The notes under the pieces: generated by a model
The model's input: only the letters and a program-made list of their open reading frames with translations
Told to the model about the DNA's origin: nothing
Database searches by the model: none
Shown: positions 1 through 8,457 of the stretch, piece after piece
How positions within the stretch are numbered: position 1 is the first letter of the stretch
How the letters are laid out: every line of letters starts with the position of its first letter
Virus genome (UHGV): UHGV-0369446
From: a virus
DNA: 19,970 bases
Direction: 5' to 3' (one strand)
Program-made: the position numbers and the translations under genes

Positions 1-128
1 GCGCCGGACACCCGGACGAAACGCTGAGCCTCAATAATCTGCTCACGCATATCCTGCGTTGCTGACCAGGCATTATCAAAGTTGCACAGCACCTTGCGAT
101 GCCAGTCAGTCATCTTTTTTTCTGCCAT
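1..128 (-). CDS. portal protein, N-terminal fragment (gene continues past the left edge of the window)
   Basis: Minus-strand ATG at 128..126, just downstream of the terminase large subunit stop. Translation MAEKKMTDWHRKVLCNFDNAWSATQDMREQIIEAQRFVRVSG resembles the N-terminus of P22-type portal proteins as I recall them. Gene order terS-terL-portal fits a P22/Sf6-like packaging module. Confidence 0.6.
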   Translation of the reverse strand, partial: MAEKKMTDWHRKVLCNFDNAWSATQDMREQIIEAQRFVRVSG

Positions 129-129
129 A

Positions 130-1545
130 TCAACCTACACCACAAGGAATTGAGTAACTGGAATAGTCGGGTTGCGCAGCCGACTCCGGGCAATGCATAC
201 ACATCATCAGCGCATCAGCCAGGTTAGGAGATGGAATACCGAGCTTCTGCTTCATTTCGACCTTAGTCATTAGCTCCAGCTTCCCGTTGTTATTGAATTT
301 GCGCTGAATCTGCGTCAATTCTGCAAACAGCTTCTCCAGCATCTTCTCGCCTATCGCTTCTTTGTCGAAGCTCAGCATGTCGTCGGGGTCTGCATACTCA
401 CCGTGGACAACCGCCCGATATGTCAGATACAGCCTGTCAGCCAGTGCGTAATAGAATTGCGCTCGCTTATTGCGGAATACATCGCCAATAGTACGAACGT
501 TGTCACCCTGTACGACTTCATCAGCCCATGCTCCGGCTTGATACGGTGCATCTTCATCGAATGGCGATTCGCTGCCCTTGAACATCGTGGCGGTGATTTT
601 CTTGCCGGAAAACGCTTCCGTTGTCTGTCTGCGTAGCCCGGCACCAACACCATCACCATCCCACAGGTAATGGTCAGCGCCGTCTTCAATCGCCAGCGAA
701 GTAGCCCAGTCAGCACCCTCGTTGATGTCCATCAGCAGACCTTCGGCAATGCGCTTAACTACCGAACCGTGACGCGATGCATAACCTTTAGCATCTGGCC
801 CTGTATCTGATGGGTCATGCGCAGAGACAACAGCGCCTTTCGCTTTCCATCCGAGTTTCTTGTGCGCATCGGTTGCGGCTTCAAGCCATTCACGTTTGAT
901 AATTGCCATATCACTTGCGCTCACTGGCTCACCAAGCCAGATGTGACGATACAGTGTCGGATTTCTGCGTTTACACTCTTCCATCTCCAGACGGAGAACT
1001 TCAGGAAAGTGCGGGTTGTCGGTGTAGTTCACCGTCAACAGGCAAATATCATCAGGAGGATTTACGACGAATCGCTGATAGGTATCGTCGAGTATGTTCT
1101 TCGGGTTAAAGCTCACCCATATTTCAGAGAACGGCTTACGGATGGTTGGTATCAGGATATCCCATGATTCCTTCGTTACCGCTTCCGCTTCTTCCACCCA
1201 GCAGATATCAATACCTTCGAGCGATTTAATCTTCGTCGGGTTGTTTTTGATGCCGTAGAACATGAATTCAGCATTCGTTCCGAGATGACGAATCATTGAA
1301 CGCTGAATTTCAAACTCAGCCGAATATCCTTCACGCTCGATGGTGTCTTCAAGCAGCCGGATTACCGAATCGCTGATACTGTTTTGCAGTTCACGAGCGC
1401 AAAGAATACGCACTGGCTGACGACGCGCCGCTTCAACAAGCAGCCTCGCAATTGCCCATGATTTACCGCTACCTCGACCGCCTTTGGCGACTTTGTAGCG
1501 ATGCGCCTCAATGAACGGTTCAAAGATAGGATTAATCGAGGTCAT
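130..1545 (-). CDS. terminase large subunit (ATPase/nuclease)
   Basis: 471-aa ORF with Walker A-like motif GGRGSGKS near the N-terminus. It lies between a terminase small subunit-like gene and the portal start. The N-terminus resembles Sf6/P22-group large terminases from memory. Confidence 0.88.
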   Translation of the reverse strand: MTSINPIFEPFIEAHRYKVAKGGRGSGKSWAIARLLVEAARRQPVRILCARELQNSISDSVIRLLEDTIEREGYSAEFEIQRSMIRHLGTNAEFMFYGIKNNPTKIKSLEGIDICWVEEAEAVTKESWDILIPTIRKPFSEIWVSFNPKNILDDTYQRFVVNPPDDICLLTVNYTDNPHFPEVLRLEMEECKRRNPTLYRHIWLGEPVSASDMAIIKREWLEAATDAHKKLGWKAKGAVVSAHDPSDTGPDAKGYASRHGSVVKRIAEGLLMDINEGADWATSLAIEDGADHYLWDGDGVGAGLRRQTTEAFSGKKITATMFKGSESPFDEDAPYQAGAWADEVVQGDNVRTIGDVFRNKRAQFYYALADRLYLTYRAVVHGEYADPDDMLSFDKEAIGEKMLEKLFAELTQIQRKFNNNGKLELMTKVEMKQKLGIPSPNLADALMMCMHCPESAAQPDYSSYSIPCGVG

Positions 1546-1982
1546 TTTCCGAACAGAGTGCTCATCGGTGATGTTTCAATCTGAATTGCGCCGCCGTCTT
1601 TGCCTGTTAGCTCGTGATCAACCTTGTCGCGCCATTTATCCTTCTGTCGGTTCTTAAGCCAGAAGATGGCGGCAGTTGTATCAGGCGGGTAATACTTCTC
1701 AAGCGGAGTTTCGACAATTCTGTTTTCAATAACACGAATATCGATGTCTGGAGCCACGAAGCCCATAGCGCGTTGATAAAGACGGTCACTAACTTCTGCA
1801 TCAGCGACGGCCTTACCCTTTTTTATGGACTCCGAAAACTCAGGATAATCAAGCTTCCACTTGTTAATAGTTGACTCACTGACTTCGAAGAAATCAGCAA
1901 GCTCTGCATCGGTGTAGCCCAGCAAGCACAGTTTGCGTGCCTGTTCGGCATACGCCTCTTGATACTTTGTTGGGCGCGCCAT
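1542..1982 (-). CDS. terminase small subunit
   Basis: 146-aa ORF directly upstream of the large terminase with a 4-nt overlap. The N-terminal region LGYTDAELADFFEVSESTINKW looks like a helix-turn-helix, typical of small terminases. Confidence 0.75.
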   Translation of the reverse strand: MARPTKYQEAYAEQARKLCLLGYTDAELADFFEVSESTINKWKLDYPEFSESIKKGKAVADAEVSDRLYQRAMGFVAPDIDIRVIENRIVETPLEKYYPPDTTAAIFWLKNRQKDKWRDKVDHELTGKDGGAIQIETSPMSTLFGK

Positions 1983-1984
1983 GT

Positions 1985-2227
1985 TTATGCTCCGGTGGTG
2001 AACAGGTATAACGCTTCCTTCGATTTACGCACCGCTTCGATAGTGCGGGTAGTGATATCTGAATTAGCGCCGCCTGACTGGAAGTGAATTTTGAATAGCT
2101 CAAGCTTCAACTCGTCAGTGCCAATGAATTGAAATGCTTCTTCTGCGGCTGCGTTCTGGTTCATGACCAGTTTGTAAATCTCTAACTGGAATTTCTGTTC
2201 TTCAGTCATGGGAATAATCTCTGCCAT
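1985..2227 (-). CDS. small hypothetical protein (80 aa), same position as the small orf upstream of terS in P22-like phages
   Basis: 80-aa ORF abutting the terS start; no motif recognised. Confidence 0.45.
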   Translation of the reverse strand: MAEIIPMTEEQKFQLEIYKLVMNQNAAAEEAFQFIGTDELKLELFKIHFQSGGANSDITTRTIEAVRKSKEALYLFTTGA

Positions 2228-2390
2228 TGTTGGCTCCGTTTATCCGTTAAAAGGGATATCAGTTAAGTTATCCCGTGTAGGATATAAGCCATTATCAAGC
2301 CCACCCGTAGATAGGCTTTGTAATGGATAACCGTTGCTCAGTTCTCGTAATGCTTTGATTTTTTTCGATAACGCAGTTTTGCGTTTGCCA

Positions 2391-2912
2391 TCAGCACGCG
2401 ATATCGAGAGTCAACTGCAGTTGCTCACGCCAGTACTCGACATTTGCTTCAATAACCGGCTTATCCCATCGCCAGCGAGCCATCTCTCTTGCCCCATTGC
2501 TGGCTTTTGATTTCCGGTCATCGCGAATGCGACATGCTTGCTCATATTTCTGCTGCTCAGTCAGTTCACCGCGAAGCAGACTATCAATGTGCAGGTCGCA
2601 CCATACGGAGAATTTCGGATCGCACCATCTTGCAAAGGCAACTGATAACTTTGGATGCAGCCATGTTCCGCCGCCCCTGTCCTTTCGTGCCTTGCTTGTT
2701 TTTACATACCCGGAATCACGGGTATGTAGAATTTTCGATGGTTCACCTGAATAAACCTCATCCAGAGCTCTAACGTATTCGAGAGTTTCAGCGTTGGACA
2801 ACCAGTGATCCAGACGCTTCCCGAAACGTTTTGCAATATCAGTGGCATTAATCCAGCCATCAGTATTGAAGCGGATAGGTTCGCCTTTGTAATTTAGTGG
2901 AACGATATTCAT
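2391..2912 (-). CDS. KilA-N domain protein
   Basis: 173-aa ORF. The N-terminal segment (NTDGWINATDIAKRFGKRLDHWLSNAETLEYVRAL) matches the KilA-N DNA-binding domain pattern as I recall it. Located between the lysis cassette and terS. Confidence 0.55.
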   Translation of the reverse strand: MNIVPLNYKGEPIRFNTDGWINATDIAKRFGKRLDHWLSNAETLEYVRALDEVYSGEPSKILHTRDSGYVKTSKARKDRGGGTWLHPKLSVAFARWCDPKFSVWCDLHIDSLLRGELTEQQKYEQACRIRDDRKSKASNGAREMARWRWDKPVIEANVEYWREQLQLTLDIAC

Positions 2913-3059
2913 AGCGTCTTACCTTTTAGAAAGATGAGCCTGTTCGCACAGAAAAGCCGCCCCGAGATGGTCGCCACCATATACGGCAGTTCTCAGGCTC
3001 AGCTTTCTGAAAGACTCGGGATTGTTACGCGCTGCGATGCGCGGTTTACTGCAGATGTA

Positions 3060-3085
3060 AAAAAGCCCCGCAAATGCGAGGCTAA
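3060..3085 (-). terminator. putative intrinsic terminator downstream of Rz/Rz1
   Basis: Minus-strand RNA GCCUCGCAUUUGCGGGGC forms a GC-rich hairpin followed by UUUUUU. Confidence 0.45.
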
Positions 3086-3256
3086 ATCCTGGTATTTGTA
3101 ATGACTGGCTCTTATCTCAACGCAGCCCCTTACCGCGCGCCAGATGCTCAACTTCAAGCATCAGCAATGAGATGTTTAATCTGGATTCACTCCAGAAGTG
3201 ATCACCACCCTGTCTACAGAGCCAGATGTGAAGGATGATGAGTAAAATTATCGCTA

Positions 3257-3694
3257 TCATCGAAGGCATTGCGTCCTGATGTATTCCTGCAGGTAGTTAA
3301 CCTGCGCGGTTATCTTGTCGATTCCACTTCGGAGACGGTAATAATTGAGTTCAGCATCTGCTGTAAGTCTTGGGCTTTCTCCATTGCCCATGCTGCTGGC
3401 TCCGGTCGTTGACTTTGCACAGGTGGCGGCGACTTGCAGGCGCTTACGACCAGCAGAAACATCAGCACGGAGACTTTCGATAGTCGCGTTAGCATCAGCA
3501 AGCTCCTTTGTGTATCTGGCGTCGAGTTCTGCTACATCACGTTGACGCTTCTGCATGTCAGCAATTGTGGATGCGGCCTTATCGCGCTGCTCTTTGTAGG
3601 CGATGGCGTTATCACGGTAGTGATTAACAGCCCATGACAGGCAAACGATGATGCAGATAACCAGAGCGGAGATAATCGCGGTTACTCTGCTCAT
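3257..3694 (-). CDS. Rz: i-spanin Rz (inner-membrane spanin subunit)
   Basis: 145-aa ORF immediately after the endolysin with a 4-nt overlap. It has an N-terminal hydrophobic segment then a charged coiled-coil-like region, and it contains an embedded +1-frame lipoprotein ORF, the classic lambda Rz/Rz1 arrangement. Confidence 0.85.
   Translation of the reverse strand: MSRVTAIISALVICIIVCLSWAVNHYRDNAIAYKEQRDKAASTIADMQKRQRDVAELDARYTKELADANATIESLRADVSAGRKRLQVAATCAKSTTGASSMGNGESPRLTADAELNYYRLRSGIDKITAQVNYLQEYIRTQCLR
3310..3501 (-). CDS. Rz1: o-spanin Rz1 (outer-membrane lipoprotein), embedded in Rz in another frame
   Basis: 63-aa ORF lying wholly inside Rz. It has a signal-peptide-like stretch ending in the lipobox-like VVSAC followed by a proline-rich tract ([13 protein letters not shown]), as in lambda Rz1. 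The exact start (M1 or M3) is uncertain. Confidence 0.72.
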   Translation of the reverse strand: MLMLTRLSKVSVLMFLLVVSACKSPPPVQSQRPEPAAWAMEKAQDLQQMLNSIITVSEVESTR

Positions 3695-4167
3695 ACCTCA
3701 ATCTCTCTGACTGTTCCGCCAGCTTCTTTGAATTTTGTAATCAGGCTGTCAGCCTTATGCTCGAACTGACCATAACCAGCGCCCGGCAGTGAAGCCCATA
3801 TATTGCTGCAACGGTCGATAGCCTGACGGATATCACCGCGATCAATCATCGGTAAAGCGCCACGCTCTTTAATCTGTTGCAATGCCACAGCGTCCTGGCT
3901 TTTCGGAGAGAAGTCTTTCAGGCCAAGCTGCTTACGATAGGCATCCCACCAACGGGAAAGAAGCTGGTAACGTCCGGCTGCTGTTGATTTGAGTTTGGGG
4001 TTTAGCGTGACAAGTTTGCGAGGGTGATCAGAGTAATCAGTGAATAGCTCTCCGCCAACAATGACGTCATAACCATGATTTCTGGTTTTCTGACGTCCAT
4101 TATCAGTTCCCTCTGACCACGCCAGCATATCGAGGAACGCCTTACGTTGATTATTGATTTCCACCAT
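3691..4167 (-). CDS. R: endolysin R (lytic transglycosylase)
   Basis: 158-aa ORF. The sequence [39 protein letters not shown]... matches lambda R as I recall it, almost residue for residue. It sits between holin and Rz. Confidence 0.95.
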   Translation of the reverse strand: MVEINNQRKAFLDMLAWSEGTDNGRQKTRNHGYDVIVGGELFTDYSDHPRKLVTLNPKLKSTAAGRYQLLSRWWDAYRKQLGLKDFSPKSQDAVALQQIKERGALPMIDRGDIRQAIDRCSNIWASLPGAGYGQFEHKADSLITKFKEAGGTVREIEV

Positions 4168-4474
4168 CTTCTACTCCGGCTTTTTTAGCAGCGAAGCGTT
4201 TGATAAGCGAACCAATCGAGTCAGTACCGATGTAGCCGATGAACACGCTCGTTATATAAGCGAGATTGCTACTTAGTCCGGCGAAGTCGAGAAGGTCACG
4301 AATGAACCAGGCGATAATGGCGCACATCGTTGCGTCGATTACTGTTTTTGTAAACGCACCGCCATTATATCTGCCGCGAAGGTACGCCATTGCAAACGCA
4401 AGGATTGCCCCGATGCCTTGTTCCTTTGCCGCGAGAATGGCGGCTAACAGGTCATGTTTTTCTGGCATCTTCAT
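4151..4474 (-). CDS. S: holin S (class I holin with dual-start MKM motif)
   Basis: 107-aa [38 protein letters not shown]..., matching lambda S107/S105 from memory. Met1-Lys2-Met3 gives the antiholin/holin dual start. Its 3' end overlaps the R start. Confidence 0.95.
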   Translation of the reverse strand: MKMPEKHDLLAAILAAKEQGIGAILAFAMAYLRGRYNGGAFTKTVIDATMCAIIAWFIRDLLDFAGLSSNLAYITSVFIGYIGTDSIGSLIKRFAAKKAGVEDGGNQ

Positions 4475-4870
4475 GTCTTACCCCCAATAAGGGGATTTGC
4501 TCTATTTAATTAGGAATAAGGTCGATTACTGATAGAACAAATCCAGGCTACTGTGTTTAGTAATCAGATTTGTTCGTGACCGATATGCACGGGCAAAACG
4601 GCAGGAGGTTGTTAGCGCGACCTCCTGCCACCCGCTTTCACGAAGGTCATGTGTAGAAGGCCGCAGCATAACTATCACTGATGAATTCAGGATAGCCAGT
4701 GGCTACGGCTCAGTTTGGGTTGTGCTGTTGCTGGGCGGCGATGACGCCTGTACGCATTTGGTGATCCGGTTCTGCTTCCGGCATTCGCTTAATTCAGCAC
4801 AACGGAAAGAGCACTCGGTGCATTTAAGACAAGCTCCATAAGGGAGAATGCTCTTACCTGTTACACAGAT

Positions 4871-4930
4871 ATAAAAAATCCCGAAACCGTTATGCAGGCT
4901 CTAACTATTACCTGCGAACTGTTTCGGGAT
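4871..4930 (-). terminator. tR'-like late terminator (3' end of the short pR' transcript, the lambda 6S RNA equivalent)
   Basis: Minus-strand RNA has CCCGAAAC ... GUUUCGGG pairing around an inner GCAGG...CCUGC stem, followed by AUUUUUUAU. Position between Q and S matches lambda tR'. Confidence 0.7.
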
Positions 4931-5065
4931 TGCATTTTACAGACCTCTCAGCCTGCGATGGTTGGAGTTCCAGACGATACGTCGAAGTGACCAACTAGGC
5001 GGAATCGGTAGTAAGCGCCGCCTCTTTTCATCTCACTACCACAACGAGCGAATTAACCCATCGTT

Positions 5066-5100
5066 GGGGCAAATTTACCCAACTTTATTCAAAAAGTCAA
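5066..5100 (-). promoter_or_regulatory. pR' late promoter with overlapping qut site
   Basis: On the minus strand: TTGACT (5100..5095), a 17-nt spacer, then TAAATT (5077..5072), directly downstream of Q. This matches the lambda pR' -35/-10 hexamers I recall. Placing qut here is by analogy. Confidence 0.65.
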
Positions 5101-5142
5101 TATCATGCCGTTAATATGTTGCCATCCGTGGCAATCATGCTG

Positions 5143-5766
5143 CTAACGTGTGACCGCATTCAAAATGTTGTCTGCGATTGACTCTTCTTTGTGGCATTGC
5201 ACCACCAGAGCGTCATACAGCGGCTTAACAGTGCGTGACCATGTGGGTTGGGTAAGGTTGGGGATTAGCATCGTTACAGCGCGATATGCGGCGCTTGCTG
5301 GCATCCTTGAATAGCCGACGCCTTTGCATCTTCCACACTCTTTCTCAACAACTCTCCCCCACTGCTCTGTTTTGGCAATATCAACCGCACGGCCTGTACC
5401 GTGGCAATCTCTGCATCTTGCGCCCGGCGTCGCGGCACTACGGCAATAATCCGCATAAGCGAATGTTGCGAGCACTTGCAGTACCTTTGCCTTAGTATTT
5501 CCTTCGAGCTTTGCCACACCACGATATTTCCCCGATACCTTGTGTGCAAATTGCATCAGATAGTTGATAGCCTTTTGTTTGTCATTCTGGCTGAGTTCGT
5601 GCTTGCCGCAGAATGCAGCCATACCGAATCCGGCTTGTGATTGCGCCATCCCCATAGCAGCCATCACATCAGTACCGGAAAGAGAGTCAGAAGCCGTAGC
5701 CCGTGGTGAGTCACTCATCATTGGGCTTTTTGGCGAATGAAATTTAGCTACGCTTTCGAGTCTCAT
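5143..5766 (-). CDS. Q: late gene antiterminator Q
   Basis: 207-aa ORF MRLESVAKFHSPKSPMMSDSPRATASDS..., matching lambda Q as I recall it over its full length. It includes the zinc-binding cysteine cluster CRDCHGTG...CGRCKG. Confidence 0.95.
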   Translation of the reverse strand: MRLESVAKFHSPKSPMMSDSPRATASDSLSGTDVMAAMGMAQSQAGFGMAAFCGKHELSQNDKQKAINYLMQFAHKVSGKYRGVAKLEGNTKAKVLQVLATFAYADYCRSAATPGARCRDCHGTGRAVDIAKTEQWGRVVEKECGRCKGVGYSRMPASAAYRAVTMLIPNLTQPTWSRTVKPLYDALVVQCHKEESIADNILNAVTR

Positions 5767-5951
5767 GGCCTTCCCCTTTTGCCCTGTTTGACCATCAGGA
5801 CGCCGTTAACTATTACGTGACGCTCGCCTTTGCTGTCTCGGTTGTACTTGAGCACTGTTCCTCTTGCGCAGGAAAGCATCCTTGCCACTTCGGTCTGATT
5901 GCCTCGTGTCTGGATAAGAAGCTCTGGTATCGTTTGAATTGTGGCGTTCAT
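5763..5951 (-). CDS. ninH: NinH-like protein
   Basis: 62-aa ORF. The segment GNQTEVARMLSCARGTVLKYNRDSKGERHVIVNGVLMV resembles lambda NinH (GNQTEVARRL...RGTVRKY...IVNDVLMV as I recall). 4-nt overlap with the Q start. Confidence 0.7.
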   Translation of the reverse strand: MNATIQTIPELLIQTRGNQTEVARMLSCARGTVLKYNRDSKGERHVIVNGVLMVKQGKRGRP

Positions 5952-6310
5952 GCGTTCTCCAGTTCGGTGATTTTTATTCCAAGCCTTCCGCCTGGTACTT
6001 TCACGCCACGAATTACGCGAATGTCATCGAATTGCTCGTCGTCTTCCGCAAATCCGGCGTGGATAAGGGAGTCGAGTAAACCTTTCAGGATGTTGTCGAG
6101 GTCGCGACGGCGGGAGTCCGGAACGTCTGCGATGACTTTGATACGGAGTCGTGATTTGGTGAAAATGTCTAACTTGAGTTGGCGGATGATTTGCTGAACG
6201 TCTTTTCGGTATTTCTGGCCTTTGTCGCTTATGTAATATTGGCTTCCCCGTCTTCGCCAGTAGGTATTCACCGACGGCGGGTATGGGAGCACAAACTGAT
6301 ATTCGTTCAT
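5948..6310 (-). CDS. rusA: RusA Holliday-junction resolvase
   Basis: 120-aa ORF with the RusA-like motifs PPSVNTYW and DSRRRDLDNILKGLLDSL, comparable to E. coli DLP12 RusA from memory. Confidence 0.88.
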   Translation of the reverse strand: MNEYQFVLPYPPSVNTYWRRRGSQYYISDKGQKYRKDVQQIIRQLKLDIFTKSRLRIKVIADVPDSRRRDLDNILKGLLDSLIHAGFAEDDEQFDDIRVIRGVKVPGGRLGIKITELENA

Positions 6311-6597
6311 GACTTAATCTTCCCCTCCTTCAGCAGTATCGCCTGCGTCCTGATCACGCCTTCGAGGTGGTAAAGTCTGGCGTCTTTGTTGTCGAGATTA
6401 TGGGTGCGTCGGTCGATTTCATCGTGACACGCGCTACAAGCCCATGCGCCGATCAGGTCGTCAGGCTTCATTCCCGTTCCGCAAATTCCAGCCATCCGGT
6501 AATGTGCCAGAACTGTAGTTTCAGGATTGCCATTGCATACGCCGTAAATACGTACCTGGCATTCTCTGCCGCGCGCTTCTTTGCGTAGGTTAGCCAT
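6307..6597 (-). CDS. DUF1364-family protein (YbcO-like putative nuclease)
   Basis: 96-aa ORF MANLRKEARGRECQVRIYGVCNGNPETTVLAHYR...CSACHDEIDRR, closely resembling E. coli DLP12 YbcO as I recall it. 4-nt overlap with the rusA start. Confidence 0.72.
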   Translation of the reverse strand: MANLRKEARGRECQVRIYGVCNGNPETTVLAHYRMAGICGTGMKPDDLIGAWACSACHDEIDRRTHNLDNKDARLYHLEGVIRTQAILLKEGKIKS

Positions 6598-6802
6598 TTA
6601 CCTTCCCTCGCAATTGAAGAATTGACTGAAGGTCTTTTTTAATAAATATGCGAGTGCGAATTGAGCAGTAGTTTTCCTTCATTCTGGCGTAGTAATAGTC
6701 TTTTCTTTGCTTAAGCTTGTTGGCATCCGCTGTCATCCAGTCTTTTACAGCAAACTTAATTAACCAGCGGTGGCAGAGATACCATTTCAGGTAATCACTC
6801 AT
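6590..6802 (-). CDS. hypothetical small protein (70 aa)
   Basis: ORF whose ATG overlaps the ninF stop (ATGAGTGA). Relatively AT-rich; no motif recognised. Confidence 0.35.
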   Translation of the reverse strand: MSDYLKWYLCHRWLIKFAVKDWMTADANKLKQRKDYYYARMKENYCSIRTRIFIKKDLQSILQLRGKVNG

Positions 6803-6971
6803 CGTCTTCTTCCTCGTACATTGAGCTATTCGGATCGCTCATCAGTTCTGCGCAGCAGTGCTCACACACGTGAACTTCCAGCACATGCAGCTTCTGACCG
6901 CAGTTAGCGCACGTTAAAGCTCGCTCGACGCTTTCTTTCTGGTATTGAATGGATTGAGATGGGCTAAGCAT
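6795..6971 (-). CDS. ninF: NinF
   Basis: 58-aa ORF, below the 60-aa cutoff of the supplied ORF track, found by manual translation: [58 protein letters not shown]. This matches lambda NinF as I recall it, including the Cys-rich motif. Confidence 0.8.
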   Translation of the reverse strand: MLSPSQSIQYQKESVERALTCANCGQKLHVLEVHVCEHCCAELMSDPNSSMYEEEDDE

Positions 6972-7311
6972 TATTGGCCTCCTGCATCAGGAGAAAGACA
7001 ATCATGGCGGCGCGGAGAGGTCTGGTATCAAATATTGGGCTTACGCCTTTTGCATCCACACACCATTCAGTTAACTGGTCTAAGATAGAAATCCTGTATT
7101 TCTCAATAATCGGCCATGAAGCGCTCGGATCATTGCAGTAGTCAGGCAAATGATTTAATGGCTCAAAAGTTGTATCAGCATTTCCGTAATACCATTTGTT
7201 GGTGTTATTCCCTGATGTTTCCGGTTTACTTGCCCAAAGGCCTTTAAAAATTATGTCTCCTACCATTCTGTTAATTTCAAAATCACTTAACTGTGAATAA
7301 TCCATTGTCAT
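6964..7311 (-). CDS. hypothetical protein between ninE and ninF (possibly NinX-like)
   Basis: I place the start at the Met whose ATG overlaps the ninE stop (ATGACAATGG), giving about 115 aa. The position corresponds to ninX in P22-type nin regions. The family assignment is a guess. Confidence 0.45.
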   Translation of the reverse strand: MTMDYSQLSDFEINRMVGDIIFKGLWASKPETSGNNTNKWYYGNADTTFEPLNHLPDYCNDPSASWPIIEKYRISILDQLTEWCVDAKGVSPIFDTRPLRAAMIVFLLMQEANNA

Positions 7312-7484
7312 TTCCTCGCACGATATCTTAGCCACCGGATATCCCACAGGTGGGCTGTGTAATTGAAGGTTTTTACGTCAGATTCTTTTGGGATTAGCTT
7401 GCGTTTATTTCTGGAGCGTTTCGTTGGAAGGTATTTGCAGTTTTCGCAGATTATGTCGGTGATGCTTCGTCGCTGTCGTCTCAT
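7308..7484 (-). CDS. ninE: NinE
   Basis: Trimmed to the internal Met. The sequence [58 protein letters not shown] matches lambda NinE from memory. Its ATG overlaps the stop of the upstream methyltransferase. Confidence 0.8.
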   Translation of the reverse strand: MRRQRRSITDIICENCKYLPTKRSRNKRKLIPKESDVKTFNYTAHLWDIRWLRYRARK

Positions 7485-8008
7485 GCAGCCCTCCTGACGC
7501 CCTGCCCGATCGCCATCAATGCCGCTTTGGATACGGTAGTAAACATCCGTCGAGGACTGATGAACGGTCGCCAAATCAGCAGCATGGAGCCTTTGCTGTT
7601 TCCCTTCTTCTCCAGCCCTGTCGATGGTTCGATAAAATTAATCCGTCCATCAGTGATAATACGAACTTCGTCAACACTCTCCAGAGCCTTGCTGAACCAT
7701 CCGACAGACATATCCTCTGGCACAAGCATCACTACCGTCTGTCGCTGTTGTATACACTGCTCAGCGGCTTTTTCCACCCACGGCCTGATATTGCTGTACG
7801 GTGGGTTATTCCAGATTGCACCGTGGCTTACCCACTCAGAATTGAGCGCGTCGTCGTCCTCAGTTAGCCAGTGAGCGCACAGAGCATTTTTGTCGCTCGC
7901 TGCCGAATCCAGCCAGAATCCAAACTCAATATCCAGTGCATCAAAAAGCCAAAGCGGCGTTTGCCAGCAGTCCTTGTCGTGTGCTGGCGTATTTGATTTG
8001 ATAGTCAT
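7481..8008 (-). CDS. phage-type DNA N6-adenine methyltransferase (Dam-like, orphan)
   Basis: Start placed at [26 protein letters not shown] (ATGA overlap with the ninB stop). Contains the motif IWNNPPYS (the NPPY catalytic motif of N6-adenine MTases) and the WxTP start typical of small phage Dam-family enzymes. No adjacent restriction gene. Confidence 0.8.
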   Translation of the reverse strand: MTIKSNTPAHDKDCWQTPLWLFDALDIEFGFWLDSAASDKNALCAHWLTEDDDALNSEWVSHGAIWNNPPYSNIRPWVEKAAEQCIQQRQTVVMLVPEDMSVGWFSKALESVDEVRIITDGRINFIEPSTGLEKKGNSKGSMLLIWRPFISPRRMFTTVSKAALMAIGQGVRRAA

Positions 8009-8445
8009 GCAGCCCGATCTCCCCATCGCGCTTTCCATTCGAGAGCCAGTCGCGCTTCGTCTGACCACTTAACGCCACGCTCTGTACCGAATGCCTGTAT
8101 AAGCTCTAATAGCTCCGCAAATTCGCTTACACGCATCCTGCTGGTTGACTGGCCTATTACCACAAAGCCATTCCCGGCAAGGTTAGGAACAACATCCTGC
8201 TGCTTTAATGCTGCGGTAAACACACACTTCCAGCTTTCTGCATCCAGCCAGCGACCATGCCATTCAACCTGACGAGAGACGTCACCTAAGCAGGCCCATA
8301 GCTTCCTGTTTTGGTCTAAGCTGCGGTTGCGTTCCTGAATGGTTACTACGATTGGTTTGGTTGGGTCTGGAAGGATTTGCTGTACTGCGTGAATAGCGTT
8401 TTGCTGATGTGCCGGAGATCGAATTTCAAAGGTTAGTTTTTTCAT
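8005..8445 (-). CDS. ninB: NinB (Orf-family recombination mediator)
   Basis: Trimmed to MKKLTFEIRSPAHQQNAIHAVQQILPDPTKPIVVTIQERNRSLDQNRKLWACLG..., which matches lambda NinB (146 aa) as I recall it. Confidence 0.9.
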   Translation of the reverse strand: MKKLTFEIRSPAHQQNAIHAVQQILPDPTKPIVVTIQERNRSLDQNRKLWACLGDVSRQVEWHGRWLDAESWKCVFTAALKQQDVVPNLAGNGFVVIGQSTSRMRVSEFAELLELIQAFGTERGVKWSDEARLALEWKARWGDRAA

Positions 8446-8457
8446 GACTTCCCTCTC

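Noticed and set aside
403-1167. Several ORFs inside or antisense to the terminase large subunit gene (403..636+, 423..716-, 817..1167+, 903..1109+)
   Set aside because: They lie wholly within a long, well-supported coding region with a recognisable Walker A motif and have no start context. Typical shadow ORFs.
2228-2390. Inverted repeat GGGATA-N10-TATCCC and a 17-codon mini-ORF between the KilA-N gene and orf80, considered as a possible pac site or leader peptide
   Set aside because: In P22/Sf6-type phages pac lies inside terS rather than upstream. The mini-ORF is too short and has no supporting signal. Left as unassigned intergenic sequence.
2489-2773. Plus-strand ORFs (94 and 85 aa) antisense to the KilA-N gene
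   Set aside because: Antisense shadow frames inside a better-supported CDS; low-complexity Cys/Ser/Arg-rich translations.
4475-5142. Possible Shiga-toxin or tRNA cargo between Q and S
   Set aside because: No ORF of meaningful length and no obvious cloverleaf-forming tRNA-like sequence on manual inspection. The interval length is similar to lambda. A tRNA scan was not possible.
5274-6197. ORFs overlapping Q, ninH and rusA in other frames or on the opposite strand
   Set aside because: The region is fully explained by Q, ninH and rusA, which match known proteins. The alternative frames have no homology signal or plausible starts.
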